Below are positions 28,886 through 37,087 of a stretch of 64,000 bases of DNA, in pieces. The stretch is from NCBI GenBank assembly GCA_947628905.1, contig CANRBQ010000002.1, positions 625 through 64,624 of the forward strand. Direction: 5' to 3'. Position 1 is the first letter of the stretch, and each line of letters begins with the position of its first letter. The translations under genes were made by a program, and so were the position numbers. The notes under the pieces were generated by a model. The model saw only the letters and a program-made list of their open reading frames with translations, made no database searches and was not told the origin of the DNA. This stretch comes from an uncultured Bacilli bacterium. Its GTDB lineage: Bacteria > Bacillota_I > Bacilli_A > RF39 > UBA660.

Positions 28886-29317
28886 ATGAAGACATTCATG
28901 CAAACCAAAGAAAACATTGAACGCAAATGGTATATTATTGATGCCGAAGGTCAAACTTTAGGACGTTTAGCTACTAAAGCTGCCACAATTCTAAGAGGAA
29001 AACATAAAAAAACTTATACTCCTCATGTTGACTGTGGTGATTATGTAATTATAATTAATGCTTCTAAAGTAAAATTAACAGGTAAGAAACTTGATGACAA
29101 AATGTATTACAATCATTCTGGCTATCCAGGAGGATTAAGAGAAAGAAATGCTCGTACAATGATTGAAAAATACCCAGAAGAAATGGTAGAAAGAGCTATT
29201 AAAGGTATGCTTCCAAACGGACCACTTGGAGACAAAATGGGCAAAAAATTATTTGTTTATAGAGACGCAAATCATAAACATGAAGCTCAGAAGCCTATAG
29301 CTTTAAATATTGATTAG
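28886..29317 (+). CDS. rplM: 50S ribosomal protein L13
   Basis: [29 protein letters not shown]. Start moved from tracked 28775, which overlaps the promoter. Confidence 0.96.
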   Translation: MKTFMQTKENIERKWYIIDAEGQTLGRLATKAATILRGKHKKTYTPHVDCGDYVIIINASKVKLTGKKLDDKMYYNHSGYPGGLRERNARTMIEKYPEEMVERAIKGMLPNGPLGDKMGKKLFVYRDANHKHEAQKPIALNID

Positions 29318-29330
29318 GAGGTAAAAATTT

Positions 29331-29747
29331 ATGGCAAAACAAGTATGGACCGCAACAGGTCGTCGTAAAAGAAGTTCTGCATCTGTAAGACTTACAGGAG
29401 GAACTGGTAACATTACTGTCAATGGAGTAGATGTTAACGAATATTTTCCTAATCAAATCCTCGTAATGGATTTAAAACAACCTTTAGTAGAAACTGATAA
29501 TGCTAATCGTTTTGATATTGAAGTCATAGTCAAAGGTGGCGGATATTCAGGACAAGCAGGAGCTATTCGTTTAGGTATTGCTAGAGCATTACTAAAATTT
29601 GATGCTAATACTGATCAATCAAGAGAAGATTCTTATCGTAAAGTTCTAAAAGCAAACGGTCTATTAACTAGAGATGCAAGAGTTAAAGAACGTAAAAAAT
29701 ATGGACTTAAAAAAGCCCGTCGTGCACCACAATTTAGTAAACGTTAA
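29331..29747 (+). CDS. rpsI: 30S ribosomal protein S9
   Basis: C-terminal [25 protein letters not shown]. Confidence 0.97.
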   Translation: MAKQVWTATGRRKRSSASVRLTGGTGNITVNGVDVNEYFPNQILVMDLKQPLVETDNANRFDIEVIVKGGGYSGQAGAIRLGIARALLKFDANTDQSREDSYRKVLKANGLLTRDARVKERKKYGLKKARRAPQFSKR

Positions 29748-29765
29748 AATTCAATGTTTCTTATT

Positions 29766-29796
29766 CCTCATAAGCTTAAATGCTATGAGGTTTTTC
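29766..29796 (+). terminator. rpsI terminator
   Basis: CCTCATA / TATGAGG stem followed by TTTTT. Confidence 0.75.
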
Positions 29797-29905
29797 TTTG
29801 CCAAAAATTATCTCTTAAAATAAATGATTAACTAAATTTATAATACTTAAAACTTCTTGACCAAAATATAAATAATAAGCTATAATTAAACTATTAGGTG
29901 GTAAC

Positions 29906-30547
29906 ATGAAAATAATTCTTGGTTATATATTAACATATTCCTATTTAATATTAATTCTTATAGGAACAACTCTTTTAAAAAAGAAATTTAATTATAAAGA
30001 AGAAACTACACGTAAAATAATTCATATTTTAGTGGGCTTTTCTTGGTTTATTATGATTTATTTTTTTAATACTTCCATTCATTTAATTATTCCCCCATTA
30101 ACATTTATATTTATTAATTATTTATCTTATAAAAAAGACTTAATTAAATCTATGGAAAGAACCCAAAATAAATCTAAAGGTACAATCTATTATGCTTTAA
30201 GTTTTACTATCTTAGCACTAATAACCTATTTAAAACCAAGCTTTCTTCCCTATTATGGTCTTGGTGTTTTAACCATGGCTCTTGGAGATGGCTTAGCCCC
30301 ATTTATGAACTTTAATTCTAAATTAGAAATTGGTACTACTAAAAAAACTTATACTGGCTCAGCCTGTGTTTTTCTAATTACCCTTATAATTAGTATCCTT
30401 TTTAATAATTATTATACTCTAAATTATAATTTCTTAAATTATATTACTCTTGCTTTTAGTGCTTGCATTCTAGAATTTATTGGTTTTCAGGGTTTTGATA
30501 ATTTAACATTACCCCTAGGTTTATCCCTAATAGCCTATCTTATATAA
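29906..30547 (+). CDS. polyprenol (dolichol/phytol) kinase-like CTP-dependent membrane kinase
   Basis: Polytopic 213-aa protein with the TRKIIHILVG motif typical of the dolichol kinase / VTE5 / CdsA-like family. Confidence 0.55.
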   Translation: MKIILGYILTYSYLILILIGTTLLKKKFNYKEETTRKIIHILVGFSWFIMIYFFNTSIHLIIPPLTFIFINYLSYKKDLIKSMERTQNKSKGTIYYALSFTILALITYLKPSFLPYYGLGVLTMALGDGLAPFMNFNSKLEIGTTKKTYTGSACVFLITLIISILFNNYYTLNYNFLNYITLAFSACILEFIGFQGFDNLTLPLGLSLIAYLI

Positions 30548-30559
30548 AGGAGAATTTTT

Positions 30560-31342
30560 ATGAATTTATTTATTGCCCTCTTATTAAGTTTTTTCCTAGC
30601 TCTTCTTGCTTATATCAAAAAAGCTTTAACTACCCCTGCCTTAATATTAGCTTTTATTTTTGCTTTTCTAATTACTTATTTCAGTGGTTTACCATCATTT
30701 TTAATGTTATCAACAGTCTTTTTAAGTACTGTAATCGCAGGATTAATTAAAACTGAAACCCGAAAAAAAGTAACTAAAGACATTCATGAAAAAGGTCATC
30801 AAAAAGACATCATGTCTATTATTGCTAATGTTGCCCCCGGAACTTTTGCTATTATCATGTATTACTTAACTAAAAATAATACCTACATAATAATTTATGC
30901 TGCTTTAATGGCTGAAGCAATCTCTGATAGTTTAGCATCTGATATAGGTGTATTATCTAAAAAAGAACCCTTTAATATTCTAACTTTTAAAAAAAGTACT
31001 CCCGGCCTTTCTGGTAATATTAGCCTTTTAGGTATTTTTGCTTCCTTTCTTGGAAGTTTATTAATCGCCCTAATATATTTAGCTTTTTATCATAATATTA
31101 CTATTTTTCTTATTATAACTATATGTGGTTTTTTAGGAAACTTTATTGATTCTTATTTAGGAGCTTTATTCCAAGTTAAATATAAATGTTCTAAATGTGG
31201 AATTATCACTGAAAAAGAAACTCATTGTAATACTAAAACAAAATATTATCAAGGAATAAAACTACTTAACAATGATATGATTAATCTTTTAAGTAATATT
31301 ATTACTGGTATAATATGCTCTATATTATTAATTTTTATTTAA
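30560..31342 (+). CDS. DUF92 (TMEM19 / VTE6-like) integral membrane protein
   Basis: AEAISDSLASDIG and GNFIDSYLGALFQ match the two DUF92 acidic motifs. A Cys-pair insert is present (CSKCG...THCN). Confidence 0.65.
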   Translation: MNLFIALLLSFFLALLAYIKKALTTPALILAFIFAFLITYFSGLPSFLMLSTVFLSTVIAGLIKTETRKKVTKDIHEKGHQKDIMSIIANVAPGTFAIIMYYLTKNNTYIIIYAALMAEAISDSLASDIGVLSKKEPFNILTFKKSTPGLSGNISLLGIFASFLGSLLIALIYLAFYHNITIFLIITICGFLGNFIDSYLGALFQVKYKCSKCGIITEKETHCNTKTKYYQGIKLLNNDMINLLSNIITGIICSILLIFI

Positions 31343-31392
31343 AATATTGCTATAACAAACTCATTAATGTATAATTAAAATGGAGGTTTAAA

Positions 31393-32184
31393 ATGACTTA
31401 TATTGAAATTAATCATGTAATATTAGCAATTATTAATTGTAAAAGAAAACATTTTAATGAAGAATATGTAACTTATGAAGAATTAAATATTATTAAAAGT
31501 GAGATTCAAAAAAGATTTAATCAAGCCAATATCGCGGCTTTAATAGATAGTACTAAAATAAATCAAGATTATTTTGAATCTAAAAAAGTAATTAGCCTTC
31601 ATAAATCATGGGCTGAAACTACCAACCATTTTCAAAATATTAATAATTTAGAAATAATTAAAATTCTCTTAGATGAAAACTTTATTTTAAATTCATTATT
31701 AAAAATATCTAAAGAAACTAATTCTCAACAAGAATCAATAACTATAGATAAAAAGAACTTATTACAAGAATATAAAAATAAATTAAAAATTCTCCAAGAT
31801 AGAAATAAAAATCAAAAATCATGGCTAGAAGATTTAAAATTTTATACTAAAGTTTCAACATATTATAACTTTTTAACTAATGATTTTTATTATATCTTAA
31901 AAAAATCTATAAATAATATTAATTTATCTAATATTAATAACCCCTATGTAGAATTTAAATACAAAACAGAAAATAATGAAGATTTATTAAAAAAAGCCAT
32001 GTTTTTAAATTTTATTGAAACTTATAATTTATCTCCTAAAAAAGAAGTATTTAATGCTCCCAATGGTACTAATACTATCAAAATTTATTTAGCTAATTTA
32101 GAAGACTTATTAAAATCTTATTATCTTGAACTAGAAAAAATGGAATATTTATATTATCCAGAAGAATTAGGACAAACTAGATAA
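31393..32184 (+). CDS. hypothetical protein
   Basis: 263-aa Asn/Lys-rich ORF with a GGAGG RBS. No motif recognised. Confidence 0.5.
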   Translation: MTYIEINHVILAIINCKRKHFNEEYVTYEELNIIKSEIQKRFNQANIAALIDSTKINQDYFESKKVISLHKSWAETTNHFQNINNLEIIKILLDENFILNSLLKISKETNSQQESITIDKKNLLQEYKNKLKILQDRNKNQKSWLEDLKFYTKVSTYYNFLTNDFYYILKKSINNINLSNINNPYVEFKYKTENNEDLLKKAMFLNFIETYNLSPKKEVFNAPNGTNTIKIYLANLEDLLKSYYLELEKMEYLYYPEELGQTR

Positions 32185-32245
32185 TAATTGTCAAACTTAA
32201 AAAAAAATGCTATAATATAGTCGCTTTAAAAGGAAGTGACTTTTT

Positions 32246-33592
32246 ATGTTTGATACTATTTGTGCTATTTCAACCTCTAGAGGAGTTGGAGCTATATCTA
32301 TCATTCGTGTAAGTGGAAATGAAGCCATAAGTAAAGTAGCTCCCCTTTTTGATGGCAAAAATCTTTTAGAAGTACCAAGTAACACCATCAACTATGGACA
32401 TATAGTTAAAGATAATGAAATAATTGATGAAGTATTAGTAAGTGTAATGCGTGCCCCTAAAACTTATACAAAAGAAGATATAATTGAAATAAATACTCAT
32501 GGAGGTATTGCCCCTACTAAAAAAGTCTTAGAAACTCTTTTAGAAACAGGTATTCGTCTAGCCGAGCCAGGAGAATTTACCAAAAGGGCTTTTTTAAATG
32601 GTCGTCTAGATCTAGCCGAAGCTGAAGCTGTTGAAAATTTAATATCTTCAGGAACAGACTTAGAAAGAAAACTTGCTTTAAATCAAATGAGTGGTAAAGT
32701 ATCTCGTAAAATAAAAAAAGTTAGAGATATTATTGTTGAATTAATGGCTAATATTGAAGTAAACATAGATTTTCCCGAATATGAAGATGCTTTAATTATT
32801 ACTTTAGATAATTTACCACCCAAATTAAATGAAATAAAAAAAGAATTAGAAACTCTTTTAGAAGAAGCTAAAATAGGTAAATTAATAGAACAAGGAATTA
32901 AAGTAGCAATTGTTGGTCGTCCTAATGTTGGCAAAAGTAGTTTATTAAATGCTCTATTAGATGAAAATAAAGCTATAGTAACAGATATCGCAGGAACTAC
33001 TAGAGATATAGTTGAAGGTGAAATAGAACTAAAAGGTATTCGTCTAAAATTTATTGATACCGCGGGTATTCGTAAAACTAATGATATAGTTGAAAAAATT
33101 GGTGTTGATAAATCTTTAGAAATAATTAAAGAAGCTGATTTAGTAATTCATGTTTTAGATAATAATGAAGAATTAACTGAAGAAGATCAAGAAATAATGA
33201 CCAAAATAAAAAATAAAACTCATATTACTTTTATAAATAAAAATGATTTACCAACCAAAATAAAATTAAATTCTAAAGATTATATTATTGGTAATACTAA
33301 AAAAGATAATGGATTAGAAACTTTAAAAAATAAAATAATTGAATTATTTGAATTAGAAGATATAAAAACTAATAATTTAGAAGTTATATCAAGCACTCGC
33401 ATAATTAATTTAATAAAAGAAGCTTTATCATCAATTAATAATGCTTTATCTAATGTAGATGCTAAAATTCCTGTTGATATGATTGCTATTGATATTAAAA
33501 AAGCCTGGGATTTACTAGGAGAAATTACTGGTGAAACTTATCAAGATGAACTATTAGATACTTTATTTAGTAAATTCTGTTTAGGTAAATAA
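32246..33592 (+). CDS. mnmE: tRNA modification GTPase MnmE
   Basis: G1 GRPNVGKSS, G3 DTAG, C-terminal FCLGK. Confidence 0.97.
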   Translation: MFDTICAISTSRGVGAISIIRVSGNEAISKVAPLFDGKNLLEVPSNTINYGHIVKDNEIIDEVLVSVMRAPKTYTKEDIIEINTHGGIAPTKKVLETLLETGIRLAEPGEFTKRAFLNGRLDLAEAEAVENLISSGTDLERKLALNQMSGKVSRKIKKVRDIIVELMANIEVNIDFPEYEDALIITLDNLPPKLNEIKKELETLLEEAKIGKLIEQGIKVAIVGRPNVGKSSLLNALLDENKAIVTDIAGTTRDIVEGEIELKGIRLKFIDTAGIRKTNDIVEKIGVDKSLEIIKEADLVIHVLDNNEELTEEDQEIMTKIKNKTHITFINKNDLPTKIKLNSKDYIIGNTKKDNGLETLKNKIIELFELEDIKTNNLEVISSTRIINLIKEALSSINNALSNVDAKIPVDMIAIDIKKAWDLLGEITGETYQDELLDTLFSKFCLGK

Positions 33593-33624
33593 CTTAAACT
33601 ATAAAAAAGAAAGTAAGTGATAAC

Positions 33625-35481
33625 ATGTATGATTTAATTGTTGTAGGAGGTGGCCATGCTGGTTGTGAAGCGGCCCATATTGGGGCTGTTCTTGGCCTTA
33701 AAACAGCCTTAGTAACGGCTAATATTAAAAATATAGCTGATATGCCATGTAATCCTGCTATTGGAGGAACTGCTAAAGGTATAATTGTAAGAGAAATAGA
33801 TGCTTTAGGAGGACTAATGGGTATTATCGCTGATAAATCTCATTTTCAAATTAAAATGCTTAACAATGGTAAAGGTCCTGCTGTAAGAAGTCTTCGGGCT
33901 CAAGCCGATAAAATAACCTATCCTAAAAATATGTTAAAAGCTTTAGATGAAACTGAAAACTTAACTATTATTGAAGGCATGGTAGAAGATTTAATAATTG
34001 AAAATAATATGGTAAAAGGAATAGTTTTAGCTAATAAACAAGAAATTAGTGCTAAATCTGTTATTTTAACAACGGGTACTTATTTAAAAGGTAATATTTT
34101 AATTGGTAAAGAAAATAATCCTGGAGGACCTCATGGTGAAGCAAGAAGTAACCATTTGAGTGATAATCTAAGAAAATATGGTTTAACTATTCAAAGATTA
34201 AAAACTGGAACTCCTCCTCGTATTAAAAAAGATTCTATTGATTTTACTAAAATGCATCCTGAAAATGGTGATGATAAATATTATACTTTTTCTTTTGATA
34301 CTGAACCTTTATATAAAATAAATGACCAACAAAAATGTTATTTAATTTATACTAATGAAAATACCCATAATATTATTAAAGCTAATTTAGATAAATCCGC
34401 TATGTATGGAGGATATGTAACCGGGATTGGTCCTCGTTATTGTCCTTCTATTGAAGATAAAATTGTTAGATTTGCCGATAAACCTCGTCATCAATTATTT
34501 TTAGAACCAGAAAGCCTATATTATGATGAATGGTATCTACAAGGCTTTTCTACTTCTATGCCAAGAGATATCCAAGAAAAAATGGTTCATAGTTTACCAG
34601 GCTTAGAAAATGCCCAAATAACTAAATATGCATACGCGATTGAATACGATGCAATAGATCCTTTACAAATGAAACCATCACTTGAAAATAAAATAATCGA
34701 AAATCTTTTTACGGCTGGTCAAATAAATGGTACCAGTGGTTATGAAGAAGCAGCAGCCCAAGGATTAATCGCGGGTATAAATGCTCATCATAAATTAAAA
34801 GGTATAGAACCATTAATATTAAAACGCAATGAAGCTTATATTGGGGTATTAATTGATGATTTAGTAACTAAAGGAACCAAAGAACCCTATCGTATGTTAA
34901 CATCTCGTGCCGAATTTCGTTTATTACTTCGCCATGATAATGCTGACTTAAGACTTCGAGAAATAGGCTATAAAAATGGTACAATAGATAAAGAAAGATA
35001 TGAGAAATTAACAGAAAAAATAGCTACTATTAATAATATTAAAAATATTCTTCGTAATACTAATTTAAGTTTAAATGAAGAAACAAAAGAAAAATTTACT
35101 CAAGCAAATCTTGAAATACCAACTTCCAGTGTTTCTCTATACTTACTTTTAAAAAGACCAGAAATAACAATTGATTTTATTAAAAAACTTCTTCCCTTAG
35201 ATTATCCTAATGATATCTTAGAAGAAGTAGAAATTGAAATTAAATATGAAGGATATATTGCTAAAGCTTATAAAGAAGTTGAAAAAATGCTAAAACTTGA
35301 AGAAAAAATTATTCCCGAGGATATTGATTATCACGACATTTTAAATCTGGCCAGTGAAGCCCGTCAAAAACTTGAAAAAATAAGACCTAAATCAATTGGC
35401 CAAGCTGCTCGTATCAGTGGTGTTAATCCCAGTGATTTATCTATTTTATCAGTTTATTTAAAAAAGAAATATAATAAATAA
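33625..35481 (+). CDS. mnmG: tRNA uridine 5-carboxymethylaminomethyl modification enzyme MnmG
   Basis: FAD motif VVGGGHAGCEAA, full-length GidA homology. Confidence 0.98.
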   Translation: MYDLIVVGGGHAGCEAAHIGAVLGLKTALVTANIKNIADMPCNPAIGGTAKGIIVREIDALGGLMGIIADKSHFQIKMLNNGKGPAVRSLRAQADKITYPKNMLKALDETENLTIIEGMVEDLIIENNMVKGIVLANKQEISAKSVILTTGTYLKGNILIGKENNPGGPHGEARSNHLSDNLRKYGLTIQRLKTGTPPRIKKDSIDFTKMHPENGDDKYYTFSFDTEPLYKINDQQKCYLIYTNENTHNIIKANLDKSAMYGGYVTGIGPRYCPSIEDKIVRFADKPRHQLFLEPESLYYDEWYLQGFSTSMPRDIQEKMVHSLPGLENAQITKYAYAIEYDAIDPLQMKPSLENKIIENLFTAGQINGTSGYEEAAAQGLIAGINAHHKLKGIEPLILKRNEAYIGVLIDDLVTKGTKEPYRMLTSRAEFRLLLRHDNADLRLREIGYKNGTIDKERYEKLTEKIATINNIKNILRNTNLSLNEETKEKFTQANLEIPTSSVSLYLLLKRPEITIDFIKKLLPLDYPNDILEEVEIEIKYEGYIAKAYKEVEKMLKLEEKIIPEDIDYHDILNLASEARQKLEKIRPKSIGQAARISGVNPSDLSILSVYLKKKYNK

Positions 35482-35504
35482 ATCCAGCATCTAAACTGGA
35501 TTTT
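35482..35504 (+). terminator. mnmG terminator
   Basis: ATCCAG / CTGGAT stem followed by TTTT. The hairpin is nearly the same as at 36900-36922. Confidence 0.6.
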
Positions 35505-35592
35505 AAATTTGACCATTAGTAAGTTTTATTGTATAATAATTTTAGGGAAACTTAATAGTTGAGTGCTTGCCTCTTGAAAGGAGGCAGATGAT

Positions 35593-35676
35593 ATGTATAA
35601 GAAAGATTTTTTAATCTTATCTCTTATTATGATTATCTTTTTACTCATAGCCTTACTTTTTACTTTAGTAATATAG
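35593..35676 (+). CDS. candidate 27-aa hydrophobic peptide (type I toxin-like), not in ORF track
   Basis: Promoter TTGACC(35509-14), 17 nt, TGTATAAT(35530-37). The SD AAAGGAGG is partly buried in the hairpin TGCCTC(35568-73)/GAGGCA(35581-86). Hand translation: MYKKDFLILSLIMIIFLLIALLFTLVI. Confidence 0.5.
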   Translation: MYKKDFLILSLIMIIFLLIALLFTLVI

Positions 35677-35688
35677 TAATCTATATAA

Positions 35689-35804
35689 GAAAAAAGCACT
35701 CAATTTACATTCAGTAGATTAAGTGCTAACCAAAAAATACGGTAAGTGCTCAACATTGAAGAATTAAGCCTTCCCTTTTTTATTTTATGAAGTTTCCCTC
35801 ATCT
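35689..35804 (-). ncRNA. candidate convergent antisense sRNA (module C)
   Basis: Minus-strand promoter TTGCAA(35838-33), 16 nt, TATAAT(35816-11) with TGG. Terminator stem (complement of 35695-35703 / 35719-35727) followed by a U-run (A-run 35690-35695). Confidence 0.5.
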
Positions 35805-35888
35805 CTATACATTATACCATATTTTTAACTTTTTGCAAATATCTTTCCCTAAAACTATTAATGTGATACAATTAAACCGAGGTGTATT

Positions 35889-36593
35889 ATGTCAATTAAT
35901 GAATTTATTAAAGAATTATCTAAATTAAATATTAATTTAACAGAAGAACAATTAAATAATTTAGAAATATATAAAAATCTTTTACAAGAATATAATCAAA
36001 AATTTAATCTAACAGCTTTAACTAAAGATGAAGATATATATTTAAAACATTTTTATGATTCTTTAACTTTAAATAAAAACCTAGATTTAACCAAAGAATT
36101 AAATATTTTAGATATTGGAACAGGCGCCGGCTTTCCTGGTTTAGTTTTAAAAATAATATTTCCTAATCTAAATATAACTTTATTAGATTCTAATCATAAA
36201 AAAATAGAATTTTTAAATACTGTAATATCTAAATTAAACTTAAAAAAAATAACTTGTCTTAATTCTCGTGCCGAAAATTTAGACAGTAAATATATTGAAT
36301 ATTTTGATGTTATAACATCTCGTGCTGTCGCACATCTTCGTATATTAATAGAACTATCTCTTCCCTATCTTAAAATAAATGGTTTATTTATCGCTATGAA
36401 AGGTAATTTAAATAATGAACTAAAAGAATCAGAATCTACTTTAAGTAAATTAAATGGAAACATTATAGATATAAAAGAATTTAAATTGCCCATAGAACTT
36501 AGTAATCGTAGTTTAATAACTATTAAAAAAATTAATAAAACCCCTAAAGAATACCCCAGAACTTATGATAAAATAATAAAAAAATCTTTATAA
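35889..36593 (+). CDS. rsmG: 16S rRNA m7G527 methyltransferase RsmG
   Basis: DIGTGAGFPG SAM motif, with mnmG-rsmG synteny. Confidence 0.95.
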   Translation: MSINEFIKELSKLNINLTEEQLNNLEIYKNLLQEYNQKFNLTALTKDEDIYLKHFYDSLTLNKNLDLTKELNILDIGTGAGFPGLVLKIIFPNLNITLLDSNHKKIEFLNTVISKLNLKKITCLNSRAENLDSKYIEYFDVITSRAVAHLRILIELSLPYLKINGLFIAMKGNLNNELKESESTLSKLNGNIIDIKEFKLPIELSNRSLITIKKINKTPKEYPRTYDKIIKKSL

Positions 36594-36661
36594 CAAAAAT
36601 ATTGTACATCTAATTAAATTTATGTTATAATAAGTACACAAAGAAAAAGGAATGATTATAT

Positions 36662-36880
36662 ATGTTAGAAAATATTTTATTAATAATATCAATTTTAATT
36701 ATCGCGGTTGTATTACTTCAAAGTAATAAAGCCAGTGATGGTAGTCAAATAATTTCAGGAGGAAATGAAGTATTATTCCAAAATATGAAAGAAAGAGGCT
36801 TTGAATTATTTATTAGTCGTTTAACTCTTATATTAGGTTTATTATTCTTTATTATTTCTCTAGTTATTTTCTTAAAATAA
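36662..36880 (+). CDS. secG: preprotein translocase subunit SecG
   Basis: 72-aa two-TM protein with a central GG...RG motif typical of SecG. Confidence 0.75.
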   Translation: MLENILLIISILIIAVVLLQSNKASDGSQIISGGNEVLFQNMKERGFELFISRLTLILGLLFFIISLVIFLK

Positions 36881-36899
36881 TTAAAATATTAATAATTAG

Positions 36900-36922
36900 A
36901 TCCAGCATAACTGGATTTTTTT
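36900..36922 (+). terminator. secG terminator
   Basis: ATCCAG / CTGGAT stem followed by TTTTTT. Confidence 0.7.
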
Positions 36923-37087
36923 AATTGAAATAAATATTTTAAAAAATACTTGAAAAATTATAAATAATATTGTACACTAGAAATATATCATAGAAAAATA
37001 TGACATATATTGATATGTTTTGTCGATTGTAATGAAAAAGTAGAGCAAATAAGTTATAATGGACAAAGAATAAGAGGAGATATAAGC

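Noticed and set aside
37010-37087. Upstream extensions of tracked ORFs: TTG 37010 for paralog 2, and similarly 26316-26411, 20203-20259, 1405-1452 and 24794-24814.
   Set aside because: Each has an internal ATG with a better Shine-Dalgarno sequence. The extensions cross terminators or upstream genes or lack homology.
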